Notes under the pieces: generated by a model
Database searches by the model: none
Seen by the model: only the letters and a program-made list of their open reading frames with translations
Told to the model about the DNA's origin: nothing
In this document: positions 1 to 7,006 of the stretch, piece by piece
Numbering within the stretch: the stretch's first letter is position 1
How the letters are laid out: every line of letters starts with the position of its first letter
NCBI GenBank assembly: GCA_043744595.1
Contig: JAYTVK010000060.1
Span: 1-18,837, forward strand
Length of the DNA stretch: 18,837 nucleotides
Reading direction: 5' to 3'
Source of the DNA: Candidatus Lloydbacteria bacterium
GTDB taxonomy: Bacteria; Patescibacteriota; Minisyncoccia; Phycocordibacterales; UBA6899
Made by a program: the position numbers and the translations under genes

Positions 1-54
1 ACCTTTTCGATTCCCTAGCGCGACTGATGCAGATCAGTCGCTTAGGCACCCCCC
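1..54 (+). repeat. Interrupted inverted copy of the tRNA-His 3' end (window-edge truncated)
   Basis: TTCGATTCCCTA (6-17) and TAGGCACCCC (43-52) are the reverse complement of tRNA-His gene positions 102-113 and 92-101. The two blocks are split by a perfect 9-bp-stem hairpin, GCGACTGAT-GCAG-ATCAGTCGC (20-41). Upstream bases do not supply a matching T-stem, so this is not an intact tRNA. Confidence 0.6.
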
Positions 55-58
55 AACG

Positions 59-84
59 AAAAAGCCCCCATTCGGGGACTTTTT
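59..84. terminator. Bidirectional intrinsic terminator-like hairpin downstream of tRNA-His
   Basis: CCCC-ATTC-GGGG core stem flanked by an A-run (59-63) and a T-run (80-85), so it reads as hairpin plus U-tract on both strands. Confidence 0.55.
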
Positions 85-93
85 CTTATTCGG

Positions 94-166
94 GGTGCCT
101 ATAGGGAATCGAACCCTAGCTAAAGGCTCCACAAGCCTCTGTGCTAACCGCTACACCATAGGCACC
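94..166 (-). tRNA. tRNA-His (anticodon GTG)
   Basis: The reverse complement folds as a cloverleaf: G-1 + GTGCCTA acceptor, D stem GTGT/GCAC, anticodon stem GAGGC/GCCTT with loop TTGTGGA, T arm TAGGG-TTCGATT-CCCTA, then 3' TAGGCAC + C73. CCA is not encoded. Confidence 0.88.
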
Positions 167-320
167 ATGACTGATCTCATAACAAGCATAACTGCTAACC
201 GTGGCGCCTAAGCACCGTGCCTATTAAGACTTCTATCTCTGTGGAAAGAAATAAGATAGAAAATGCACCGAACTGGTGCTTGTGCGCATAATACCAGAGA
301 GTGCCGAAAAATCAACTCTA

Positions 321-866
321 TTAGTAATGTGGCTTTTCTTCGCTAATTCCCGCGCGATGATTCGCAAGACGCGCGAGCGCATAGAGGAGCGATGAGAGCC
401 GGTTGAGGTATGCGAAGATCGGGGGTTTCTGGTCGGTGTTCGGTATCTCAAGTGCTGCGACCACTCTCCTCTCGGCGCGACGTGCGACCGTGCGCGCGAC
501 ATCACAATGTGCGCCAAGCTCGGTGCCGCCAGAAACAAAGAAACTGGTGATGGGTGGAAGCTCGCTTTCGATGGTGGCTATCCAGCTTTCGACCTTCTTC
601 ACCTTCTCGATATCCATTTTTTTGTCAGCACCGGCGAGCTCTGCCTGTACCACGAACAGATCCTGCTGCACATCAGAGAGCAGATCGTGATAATTGAGCG
701 GGGCGACGGCGAGTACTTCTTTGCCTTTCATCTTCACAGATCCGATAAGTGAATTGATCTCATCGACCGTGCCCAAGGCTTCCGCTATCACCGACGATTT
801 GGTCATGCGCTGATCGCAGCCGAACAGCTTAGTGGTGCCATTGTCTCCTTTTCCCGTATATAACAT
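321..866 (-). CDS. PduO-type ATP:cob(I)alamin adenosyltransferase
   Basis: 181 aa from the ATG at 866 (MLYTGKGDNGTTKLFG...EINSLIG...QQDLF...RLSSLLYALAR). This is the typical N-terminal GDxGxT ATP motif and helical-bundle signature of the PduO/MMAB family. The longer 369-aa track ORF is a spurious upstream extension across the opposite-strand gene. Confidence 0.8.
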   Translation of the reverse strand: MLYTGKGDNGTTKLFGCDQRMTKSSVIAEALGTVDEINSLIGSVKMKGKEVLAVAPLNYHDLLSDVQQDLFVVQAELAGADKKMDIEKVKKVESWIATIESELPPITSFFVSGGTELGAHCDVARTVARRAERRVVAALEIPNTDQKPPIFAYLNRLSSLLYALARLANHRAGISEEKPHY

Positions 867-992
867 GATTTTTGTAGTATAGCAGAAGTCATGCTCGGAG
901 TAGATTGACGGAAGTTCAAAAAACTCTAGGCTTGAGGAAGTTTGATCTTTCCCTCTTCTTGCCCTTTGTGGCACTTCCAAAAGGAGCGCGTC

Positions 993-1730
993 ATGCAATT
1001 GTTCGGACTCATGCGTACCCGAAAGCTGTATCTTGCGGCTGCGCAGGTAACGCTCGCGGCTTCTGTCTTCCAGCTCATCGCCTACTACAGCGGGTGGGCA
1101 CAAAGTGTCACGCTGTTCGGCGAGACCTTCCACGGTGGTGGCGACGCTATCACCCTCCTCACCACCTGTTTCCTGATGAAGCAGGCGGCGGCGATATACG
1201 GGCATACCGCAAAGTCGCATAAGGCATTCACCTATGCCAACATCACACTGCTGTTTGTCGGGGTGCTGCTGACATGGATGGAACTCGCCGAGCACTTCGG
1301 TGAGCGGGTCGTCCCGACATGGGGCGTGCTGTATGTCGCGGCTATCGGCGCTGCTGCTGATGCGTTCGTGAACTGGTCGCTCATGCGGGTGAAACAGGCA
1401 GATATGCCGGAGTCGCTGCGCGTCAGTCACAGGGCAAACCTACTCCACATCAGACAGGACCTATGGCTCGCGGGTGCGGTCGTCATCTCCGGTCTGGCGA
1501 TCAGATTCGGGATACCCTATCTCGACTTCATCTTTGGGACCATCATCTCGTGCTTCATCCTGCTCGAAGCGACGGGACTTGTATACGAAGTGTGGACGGG
1601 GAAACCATTTCTCTACCATGTCCATCCTTCAGACCTGTTCGCTTTTGCAAGCGCGCTGCTGACCGGGAAGAAAAGGGTACCGCACACTCATAGTGACAAC
1701 GGTGATGAATGCGATCATCACCACCACTGA
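993..1730 (+). CDS. Cation diffusion facilitator (CDF)-like metal transporter, membrane domain only, with His-rich tail
   Basis: AAGGAG lies 6 nt upstream of the ATG at 993. It is a multi-TM protein with two HxxxD motifs (FHGGGDAI and HIRQDLW), as in TM2/TM5 of CDF transporters. The C-terminus is HTHSDNGDECDHHHH, and there is no recognisable cytoplasmic CTD. Confidence 0.6.
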   Translation: MQLFGLMRTRKLYLAAAQVTLAASVFQLIAYYSGWAQSVTLFGETFHGGGDAITLLTTCFLMKQAAAIYGHTAKSHKAFTYANITLLFVGVLLTWMELAEHFGERVVPTWGVLYVAAIGAAADAFVNWSLMRVKQADMPESLRVSHRANLLHIRQDLWLAGAVVISGLAIRFGIPYLDFIFGTIISCFILLEATGLVYEVWTGKPFLYHVHPSDLFAFASALLTGKKRVPHTHSDNGDECDHHHH

Positions 1731-1744
1731 CGCACAAAGGACAT

Positions 1745-1769
1745 GACGCCGAGCGATCGGCGTCTTTTT
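1745..1769 (+). terminator. Intrinsic terminator of the CDF gene
   Basis: GACGCCG-AGCGAT-CGGCGTC followed by TTTTT. Confidence 0.7.
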
Positions 1770-1774
1770 ATATA

Positions 1775-1804
1775 TAAAAAAGAGGGACACGCAGTGCGTA
1801 TCCC
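1775..1804 (-). terminator. Intrinsic terminator of prkA
   Basis: On the minus strand, GGGATACGCACTGCGTGTCCC forms a hairpin followed by TCTTTTTT. It sits directly after the prkA stop. Confidence 0.55.
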
Positions 1805-1840
1805 CCATCTCAGTCAAACTATTACTAAGCCTGCATCACG

Positions 1841-3784
1841 TCATGTCTTGCGCGACTTCAGATACCACTCGCACAAGAGCCGCACTTGCCGGCGGGTGTA
1901 GCCGGCGGCGACCATGCGCAGCACGAAGTCATTGTGCTTCTTTGCATCATCTGCGCTTGCCTTGGCATTGAAGGTGATGACCGGGATCATCTCTTCGGTG
2001 TTCGAGAACATCCGCTTCTCGATCACGGAGCGCATCTTCTCATGCGTTGTCCAGTTAGGGTTCTTGCCGCCATTTCCCGCACGAGCACGCAGAACGAAAT
2101 TCACGATCTCGCTGCGGAAGTCCTTCGGGTTCTTGATGTCCGATGGCTTCTCGACCTTCTCGAGCTCGGTATTGAGCTCAGCGAGCTTGAATACTTCTCC
2201 GGTGTCATTGTCCCGGTACTCGCCGTTCTGTATCCAGTAGTCCGCGAACAGCGCGTAGCGATCGAAGATGTCCTGGCCATAGTCGCCGTAGCTTTCGAGG
2301 TAGGCGGTCTGGATCTGCTTGCCGATGAATACCGCGTAGTCCGGCGACAAATGCTCCTTGATGTACGCAAGGTACTTCTTTTCCGTTTCATCATGAAACT
2401 GCTCGCGCACGATCTGCTGCTCGAGCACGTACATCAGATGGATGGGATTCGCCGCGACTTCTTCGGGGTCGAAGTTGTAGACCTTCGAGACGATCTTGAA
2501 TGCGAATCGGGTCGAGACCCCGCTCATCCCTTCGTCCACCCCGGCCTTATCGCGGTACTCTTGAAAGCTGAGTGCTTCTGCACCTGCGTCCTTCACACTC
2601 GCACCGTCGTACACCTTCATCTTGGTGGTGAGGTTACCCTTCTCGGGAGGCTTGATACGGGTCATCATGGCGAACTCGGCGATCATCTTGAGCGTACCGG
2701 GAGCCGGTGTTGTCCTTGCGAGCGCCGAGGAGGCGAGCATCTTTTCATAGATACTCACCTCTTCAGAAAGTCGCAGACAGTACGGCACCTTGACGATGAA
2801 GATGCGGTCAAGGAACGCTTCGTTGTTCTTGTTGTTGCGGAATGTCTTCCATTCACTCTCGTTCGAGTGTGCCATGACGGTACCGTCGAACGGTATCGCC
2901 CCGAAGCCTTCGGTGCCCTTGAAGTTGCCTTCCTGGGTCGCCGTGAGCAAGGGATGCAGCACCTTGATGGGCGCCTTGAACATCTCGACGAACTCGAGAA
3001 GACCCTGATTCGCAAGACACAGGCCGCCCGAGAAGCTGTATGAGTCCGGGTCATCCTGAGCGAAGGTCTCCAGCTTGCGAATGTCGGTCTTGCCGACGAG
3101 TGAGCTGATGTCCTGATTGTTCTCATCACCGGGTTCGGTCTTGGCGACCGCTATCTGACGCGTAACGCTCGGATAGCGCTTGAGCACCACGAACTTGCGG
3201 ATGTCGCCGCCGAATTCGTCGAGCCGCTTGAGCGCCCATGGGCTCATGATGCGCCCAAGGTAACGGCGCGGGATGCCGTACTCATCTTGAAGCACTCGTC
3301 CGTCTTCTTCGGGGTCGAACAATCCGAGCGGCGACTCATTCACCGGTGAAGGGATGAGCTTGTCGCCCTTCTTGATGGCGAGCGCGTAGAACGGCACGCT
3401 CTGCATGAGGTGCTTCAAACGCTCGGCAATAGAACTCTTGCCGCCGCCGACCGGGCCGAGGAGGTAGAGGATCTGCTTCTTCTCTTCGAGCCCCTGCGCC
3501 GCATGACGGAAATACGCCACCACCTGTTCGATCGAATCTTCCATGCCGTAAAACTCCGCGAACGACGGGTAGGTCTTGATGACCTTGCTGCCGAAAATGC
3601 GCGAGAGCCGCGGATCGTTCCGGGTGTCGATGGTGACGGGCTCGCCAATGGCACGAAGCATGCGTTCGGGCGCCGTTGCGTAGGCAAGCGGATCACGCTT
3701 GCACAGCGCGAGGTATTCTTCGAGGGAAAGTTCCTCATCGCGCGTGCGTTCGAAGCGCGAGGCAAAATTACTGATGACGCTCAT
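1841..3784 (-). CDS. prkA: PrkA family serine protein kinase (YeaG/PrkA AAA+ type)
   Basis: 647 aa. The N-terminus is MSVISNFASRFER...LSLEEYL, with Walker A LLGPVGGGKSSIAERLK. Overall length and colinear motifs match the ~630-650 aa PrkA/YeaG proteins. Confidence 0.88.
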   Translation of the reverse strand: MSVISNFASRFERTRDEELSLEEYLALCKRDPLAYATAPERMLRAIGEPVTIDTRNDPRLSRIFGSKVIKTYPSFAEFYGMEDSIEQVVAYFRHAAQGLEEKKQILYLLGPVGGGKSSIAERLKHLMQSVPFYALAIKKGDKLIPSPVNESPLGLFDPEEDGRVLQDEYGIPRRYLGRIMSPWALKRLDEFGGDIRKFVVLKRYPSVTRQIAVAKTEPGDENNQDISSLVGKTDIRKLETFAQDDPDSYSFSGGLCLANQGLLEFVEMFKAPIKVLHPLLTATQEGNFKGTEGFGAIPFDGTVMAHSNESEWKTFRNNKNNEAFLDRIFIVKVPYCLRLSEEVSIYEKMLASSALARTTPAPGTLKMIAEFAMMTRIKPPEKGNLTTKMKVYDGASVKDAGAEALSFQEYRDKAGVDEGMSGVSTRFAFKIVSKVYNFDPEEVAANPIHLMYVLEQQIVREQFHDETEKKYLAYIKEHLSPDYAVFIGKQIQTAYLESYGDYGQDIFDRYALFADYWIQNGEYRDNDTGEVFKLAELNTELEKVEKPSDIKNPKDFRSEIVNFVLRARAGNGGKNPNWTTHEKMRSVIEKRMFSNTEEMIPVITFNAKASADDAKKHNDFVLRMVAAGYTRRQVRLLCEWYLKSRKT

Positions 3785-4075
3785 GTCATTTCCTTTGTGT
3801 GTCTTTGGTGGGAAACTGGTATAGGGCGACGATCGTACCTATCTGGATATATTGAGTTGTCAAAAAACGATGTCGCTTTTTTCACCCTATCATCTCTGTC
3901 TCACAGGTAAACCTTGACGTGCTGTCAAATTCAAGCGATTTGATATGTATGCAATATATGTCGCGGCGGTAGAAAAAATAAGCATCTTCTGCTACACTTC
4001 CAAAACTAAGCGAATAAGTTTTCTTTATTGTGCGGAATGTGACGGAACTGGACTATCTGTTTTTCTGAATTAAGT

Positions 4076-4157
4076 GGGCATGTGGCGGAACTGGTATACG
4101 CGTACGTCTCAGAAGCGTATCCCGTAAGGGTTGGGAGTTCGAGTCTCCCCATGCCCA
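4076..4157 (+). tRNA. tRNA-Leu (anticodon CAG), class II
   Basis: GGGCATG acceptor / CATGCCC + A73, D stem GCG/CGC, anticodon stem TACGT/GCGTA with loop CTCAGAA, 13-nt variable arm TCCCGTAAGGGTT, and T arm GGGAG-TTCGAGT-CTCCC. CCA is not encoded. Confidence 0.85.
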
Positions 4158-4187
4158 CTTAGTTCGGAAATAAGTTAGCATAAAAAA

Positions 4188-4451
4188 ATGGGAAACAAAG
4201 AATGCCATCATAAAGATGAGATACAAGATGTGACACCGGCGGATATCACCGCGTGCGAGGACTGCGTGAAGACAGGTGACACATGGGTCGCACTGCGCAT
4301 GTGTATGATCTGCGGACATGTCGGATGCTGCAATAGCTCGAAAAACAAGCATGCAACTAAACACTACACCAAAACAGATCATCCTATAATGAAGTCGGTC
4401 ACCGAGGGAGAGGAGTTCATGTGGTGCTACGTCGACGAGAGATATCTCTAG
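4188..4451 (+). CDS. Stand-alone UBP-type zinc-finger (zf-UBP) domain protein
   Basis: 87 aa with the pattern C-x2-C...W-x-x-LRMC-x2-CGHVGCCNSS-x3-H-x3-H...HP, characteristic of bacterial zf-UBP mini-proteins. Confidence 0.75.
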   Translation: MGNKECHHKDEIQDVTPADITACEDCVKTGDTWVALRMCMICGHVGCCNSSKNKHATKHYTKTDHPIMKSVTEGEEFMWCYVDERYL

Positions 4452-4460
4452 TACTGGGGA

Positions 4461-5216
4461 TCATTTACTCTTCGATGCGCCCCAAAGCACTTCGAATTCT
4501 GCACGCTTCAAATTCACAAAATCTTTACTGTGCACGATGAAGCCGTAAAGCTCACTGTGTGATGAGATGAATACCACCTTATCTCCGTAGATGGTATGCG
4601 CCATATTGGGCCTAAAGGTACGCGGAGCAAAACGCCTTTCCACTCCCCAGTCCCCTCCTCTCCAAAGATGGTGCTTCCCTTTGGGAGTAGTGGTCCACAC
4701 CGTGCGCAATGTTATCTTGTGACGGATACGCTTTTTATTTATTTCACTCAATGCTTCGACTCCTATCACTTGCTCCATCTCATGATACGGCCAGACACTC
4801 TCGATAGACTCAACACCTTCCCACAGCATGTCGGAGAGCATCGCGGTCAATCGCTCCTTTCCTTCAAAAAATTTTATTTTCGGATCAAAGGTCTCGGACG
4901 AACGGATGAGTGATTCACGTTTTTCAATAAGTTCTTTTGTCAGGGTATCGATACGTTGCTTGCGCGCTTTCACCACATTGATAAGGTCATCGATGCTGCC
5001 GAGTGCGAAGAATTTCTTTCCGTCTTTATCGAGCTCGACCACGATACCACTTTCAAGTAGCGGGGAGAGGTGATCGTACACCGAGGGGCGCGGGATGGCG
5101 AGACGTTCGCCTATGGTGCGTGCATTCGCGGCTCCATGTTCTGCGAGAAATAGATACACCCGGCGTGATTGCGGGGGCAGTGCGAGCTCATCGAGTATTT
5201 GGTCGAGGATATTCAT
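4461..5216 (-). CDS. TrmB-family HTH transcriptional regulator
   Basis: Start chosen at MNILDQILDEL (ATG at 5216). The N-terminal winged-helix region (SRRVYLFLAEHGAANARTIGERLAIPRPSVYDHLSPLLESGIVVE) is typical of TrmB. A ~150-aa C-terminal domain follows. Confidence 0.68.
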   Translation of the reverse strand: MNILDQILDELALPPQSRRVYLFLAEHGAANARTIGERLAIPRPSVYDHLSPLLESGIVVELDKDGKKFFALGSIDDLINVVKARKQRIDTLTKELIEKRESLIRSSETFDPKIKFFEGKERLTAMLSDMLWEGVESIESVWPYHEMEQVIGVEALSEINKKRIRHKITLRTVWTTTPKGKHHLWRGGDWGVERRFAPRTFRPNMAHTIYGDKVVFISSHSELYGFIVHSKDFVNLKRAEFEVLWGASKSK

Positions 5217-5318
5217 ATTCGTCGATATTCGTCGACAATATAACAAAATTTATTAGGCGTGTAAAGATAGTGACAGAAGAGTTCATTCCCATTCCCCACC
5301 CGCCACTCAGGAGGCTCT

Positions 5319-5855
5319 ATGGCACGCAAGAAGACGCTCATTTCCCTTCCCCTCAACCTCACCGAGCTGAACGAGCGTATCGCGCTCTACAGCAAGCTGC
5401 AACGCGACCTTTCTGTTGAGGAAGCCGCGCGCGACGGAGAGATCGCATTCATCAAGGCGCGTTACGCTCCGATGCTCGCTCAGATTGCGGAGGGCATTGT
5501 ACGCGAACAGTCTGCAATCGAGACTTACGCGAATGCCAACCGTTCTTCCCTCCTTGTCGGCGAGGCCAAGTCGACGTCGCTCGCTGCCGGGCGTATCGGC
5601 TGGCGTCTCGGCGGGTGGCGTGTCGCACTCGCGAAGAACAGCGCCGAAAGGGCTCTCGCTTTCGTGAAGAGCGTACGCGGCCTGCGCAAGAAGTATCTGC
5701 GCGTCGTGTTCGAGCTCAACAAGGAAGCGATGCTTGCAGACCGACCGGAAGTCGACGGTGCATCCTACAAGCAGGACGAATCATTCTTCATCGAGCCGAA
5801 TGCAGCGACCCAGAAGGTCGAAGCAATCGGCGAGGCGATCATGGTCACGAGGTAA
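5319..5855 (+). CDS. gam: Bacteriophage Mu Gam-like host-nuclease inhibitor (Ku-like DNA-end binding protein)
   Basis: AGGAGG RBS. 178 aa, with an N-terminal coiled-coil followed by GRIGWRLGGWRV...LRVVFELNKEAMLADRPEV...ESFFIEP. This is colinear with the Mu Gam motifs (G-V-WR, IR-K-EINKEA, E-F-I-P). Confidence 0.82.
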   Translation: MARKKTLISLPLNLTELNERIALYSKLQRDLSVEEAARDGEIAFIKARYAPMLAQIAEGIVREQSAIETYANANRSSLLVGEAKSTSLAAGRIGWRLGGWRVALAKNSAERALAFVKSVRGLRKKYLRVVFELNKEAMLADRPEVDGASYKQDESFFIEPNAATQKVEAIGEAIMVTR

Positions 5856-5866
5856 CAAGTGATACG

Positions 5867-5902
5867 GTCCGTTCATCTCTTAAGAGGTGGACGGGCTTTT
5901 TT
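5867..5902 (+). terminator. Intrinsic terminator of gam
   Basis: 13-bp stem (with G:U pairs) GTCCGTTCATCTC / GAGGTGGACGGGC, followed by TTTTTT. Confidence 0.7.
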
Positions 5903-5915
5903 ATTTAGATCAAAA

Positions 5916-5992
5916 GGATTTGACCCCTACTGGGTCGGTACACCTTGGTGGTTTCGAAGACGAAACATCACCAAGGTCTTCAAATCCTCTCC
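5916..5992. repeat. Short tRNA-Leu-linked hairpin element (B1)
   Basis: The closing stem GGATTTGA (5916-5923) / TCAAATCC (5980-5987) copies the tRNA-Leu(GAG) T-arm, with TTCAAATCCTCTC matching 13 nt. Inside is a long hairpin: CCTTGGTG-GTTTCG-AAGA-CGAAAC-AT-CACCAAGG. Confidence 0.5.
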
Positions 5993-6007
5993 GCAAGCCA
6001 TGCAGAT

Positions 6008-6125
6008 GGGAGGATTAGGTCACAGATAATTTTCTCGCCGTCGCTCAAAAATTTCTGCGACCCCGACTCGCCGTTTCGTCTGCTGACGAAACATAGACTC
6101 CGTCTTTCAAATCCTCTCTTGGGCA
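6008..6125. repeat. tRNA-linked structured element, copy B2 (possible ncRNA or miniature mobile element)
   Basis: It is colinear over 101 nt with 10132-10232. The first 54 nt from GGTCACAGATAATTTTCTC have only 5 mismatches. The hairpin at 6073-6092 has the same loop but a swapped stem. It ends in a 20/20 inverted copy of the tRNA-Leu(GAG) 3' end (6106-6125). Confidence 0.6.
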
Positions 6126-6127
6126 AG

Positions 6128-6167
6128 AAAATAAGCGTTGAGACATTCTGTCTCAACGCTTATTTTC
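6128..6167. terminator. Bidirectional terminator hairpin downstream of tRNA-Leu(GAG)
   Basis: Perfect 14-bp stem ATAAGCGTTGAGAC / GTCTCAACGCTTAT, flanked by AAA and TTTT. Confidence 0.7.
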
Positions 6168-6172
6168 TATTG

Positions 6173-6256
6173 TGCCCAAGAGAGGATTTGAACCTCCATG
6201 CCCTTGCGGGCGCTACCACCTCAAGGTAGTGCGTCTACCAATTTCGCCACCTGGGC
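6173..6256 (-). tRNA. tRNA-Leu (anticodon GAG), class II
   Basis: The reverse complement is GCCCAGG acceptor, GGCGAAATTGGTAGACGC D arm, anticodon stem CTACC/GGTAG with loop TTGAGGT, a long variable arm, T arm GGAGG-TTCAAAT-CCTCT, then CTTGGGC + A. Confidence 0.88.
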
Positions 6257-6321
6257 TTGAGTTTCACTACTATAGACAATAACTGCAGAACTATCAAGTC
6301 TTATCGTGATTTACCGCGCAT

Positions 6322-6348
6322 AAAACGAAACTCACCCTTGCGGGTGAG
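6322..6348 (-). terminator. Intrinsic terminator of rplS
   Basis: On the minus strand, CTCACCC-GCAA-GGGTGAG is followed by TTTCGTTTT. Confidence 0.65.
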
Positions 6349-6373
6349 ATTTCTGGGTTCTTTTGTACTGGGT

Positions 6374-6826
6374 TTATTTTGCTGCGACTGCCTCAGGAGC
6401 TGCTTCCACAGGAGCTTCAACATGCTCGAAGTCTTTGGTCGAGCCTCCGCCCATGACGGTTTGCTTCATCTTGCGGCGGACATCACGCACGGCTTTCTCG
6501 CGCACATAGTAGAGTTTCGCGCGGCGGACGGTCGAGCGCTTCACGAGCTCTATCTTGTCGATCATTGGTGAGTACAGAGGGAACACACGCTCTACGCCGA
6601 CACCACTTGCGACCTTGCGGACGGTGAAGGTGGCACCCGGCTCACCGCCATGCTTGCGTGCAAGAACGAGTCCTTCAAATGCCTGGAGGCGGTATTTCTT
6701 TTTTGCAGCATCTTCAAGCACCTTGACCCAGACGCGGACCATGTCGCCGGCTCTGAATTCGAGCTTCTGACGTGCCTCCATGTTGACCGGAGAAAGTTTG
6801 ATGATGTTGTGTAATGCGGTATTCAT
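6374..6826 (-). CDS. rplS: 50S ribosomal protein L19 with Ala/Pro/Glu-rich C-terminal extension
   Basis: 150 aa. [14 protein letters not shown]...[16 protein letters not shown]...TFTVRK...[28 protein letters not shown] is the canonical L19 core. About 30 extra residues sit at the C-terminus. Confidence 0.9.
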   Translation of the reverse strand: MNTALHNIIKLSPVNMEARQKLEFRAGDMVRVWVKVLEDAAKKKYRLQAFEGLVLARKHGGEPGATFTVRKVASGVGVERVFPLYSPMIDKIELVKRSTVRRAKLYYVREKAVRDVRRKMKQTVMGGGSTKDFEHVEAPVEAAPEAVAAK

Positions 6827-6914
6827 ATTGATGTGTTCACGGACTCAGATAAGCGTAAATCGCTTATTTTTACGTCTCATCTATCTCTTGGGAGAGTACT
6901 CGAACGTAGCCCGA

Positions 6915-6943
6915 AATTTAACATAGACCCCAAATATTTGCAA
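6915..6943 (-). promoter_or_regulatory. Putative sigma70-like promoter for rplS
   Basis: On the minus strand, TTGCAA - 17 nt - TAAATT lies about 90 nt upstream of the rplS ATG. The resulting leader contains a 7-bp hairpin (ATAAGCG/CGCTTAT, 6852-6870). Confidence 0.35.
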
Positions 6944-7006
6944 GAAACCCGTGAAATGGAGAGGAATATGGGGTATTGGTCTATGTTCAGGAAAAAAGCT
7001 ACTTAT

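Noticed and set aside
1-56. A plus-strand tRNA gene ending at about position 52, convergent with tRNA-His.
   Set aside because: No T-stem 5' strand precedes the TTCGATT loop (ACCTT instead of TAGGG). A 25-nt hairpin also separates the T-stem and acceptor copies. I treat it as an interrupted inverted copy, but the window edge prevents full assessment.
867-1430. N-terminal 188-aa extension of the 369-aa minus-strand track ORF (321-1430).
   Set aside because: The recognisable adenosyltransferase begins at MLYTGKGDNGTT (ATG at 866). The extension is low-complexity, Arg/His-rich antisense translation of the plus-strand CDF transporter gene.
1886-3043. 385-aa plus-strand ORF, and several 90-170-aa ORFs, antisense to or overlapping prkA.
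   Set aside because: These are typical long antisense ORFs of a GC-rich gene. They show Arg/Leu/His-rich composition and no recognisable motifs, while the minus-strand frame encodes a full-length PrkA.
4053-4382. 109-aa minus-strand ORF.
   Set aside because: It runs antisense through tRNA-Leu(CAG) and through the well-supported zf-UBP gene.
5945-6229. ORFs 5945-6229 and 9992-10270 covering the conserved tRNA-linked elements, which might encode a small conserved peptide.
   Set aside because: The conserved nucleotide core is read in different frames in the two copies (IRSQIIFSPSL versus SVTDNFLTVV). Conservation is therefore at the nucleic-acid level. One ORF also runs antisense through tRNA-Leu(GAG).
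6852-6875. Hairpin ATAAGCG-TAAAT-CGCTTAT plus a T-run, considered as the terminator of the rluA-family gene.
   Set aside because: The T-run follows the hairpin only on the plus strand, where no gene ends. On the minus strand no U-tract follows. I kept it only as a possible structure in the rplS leader.
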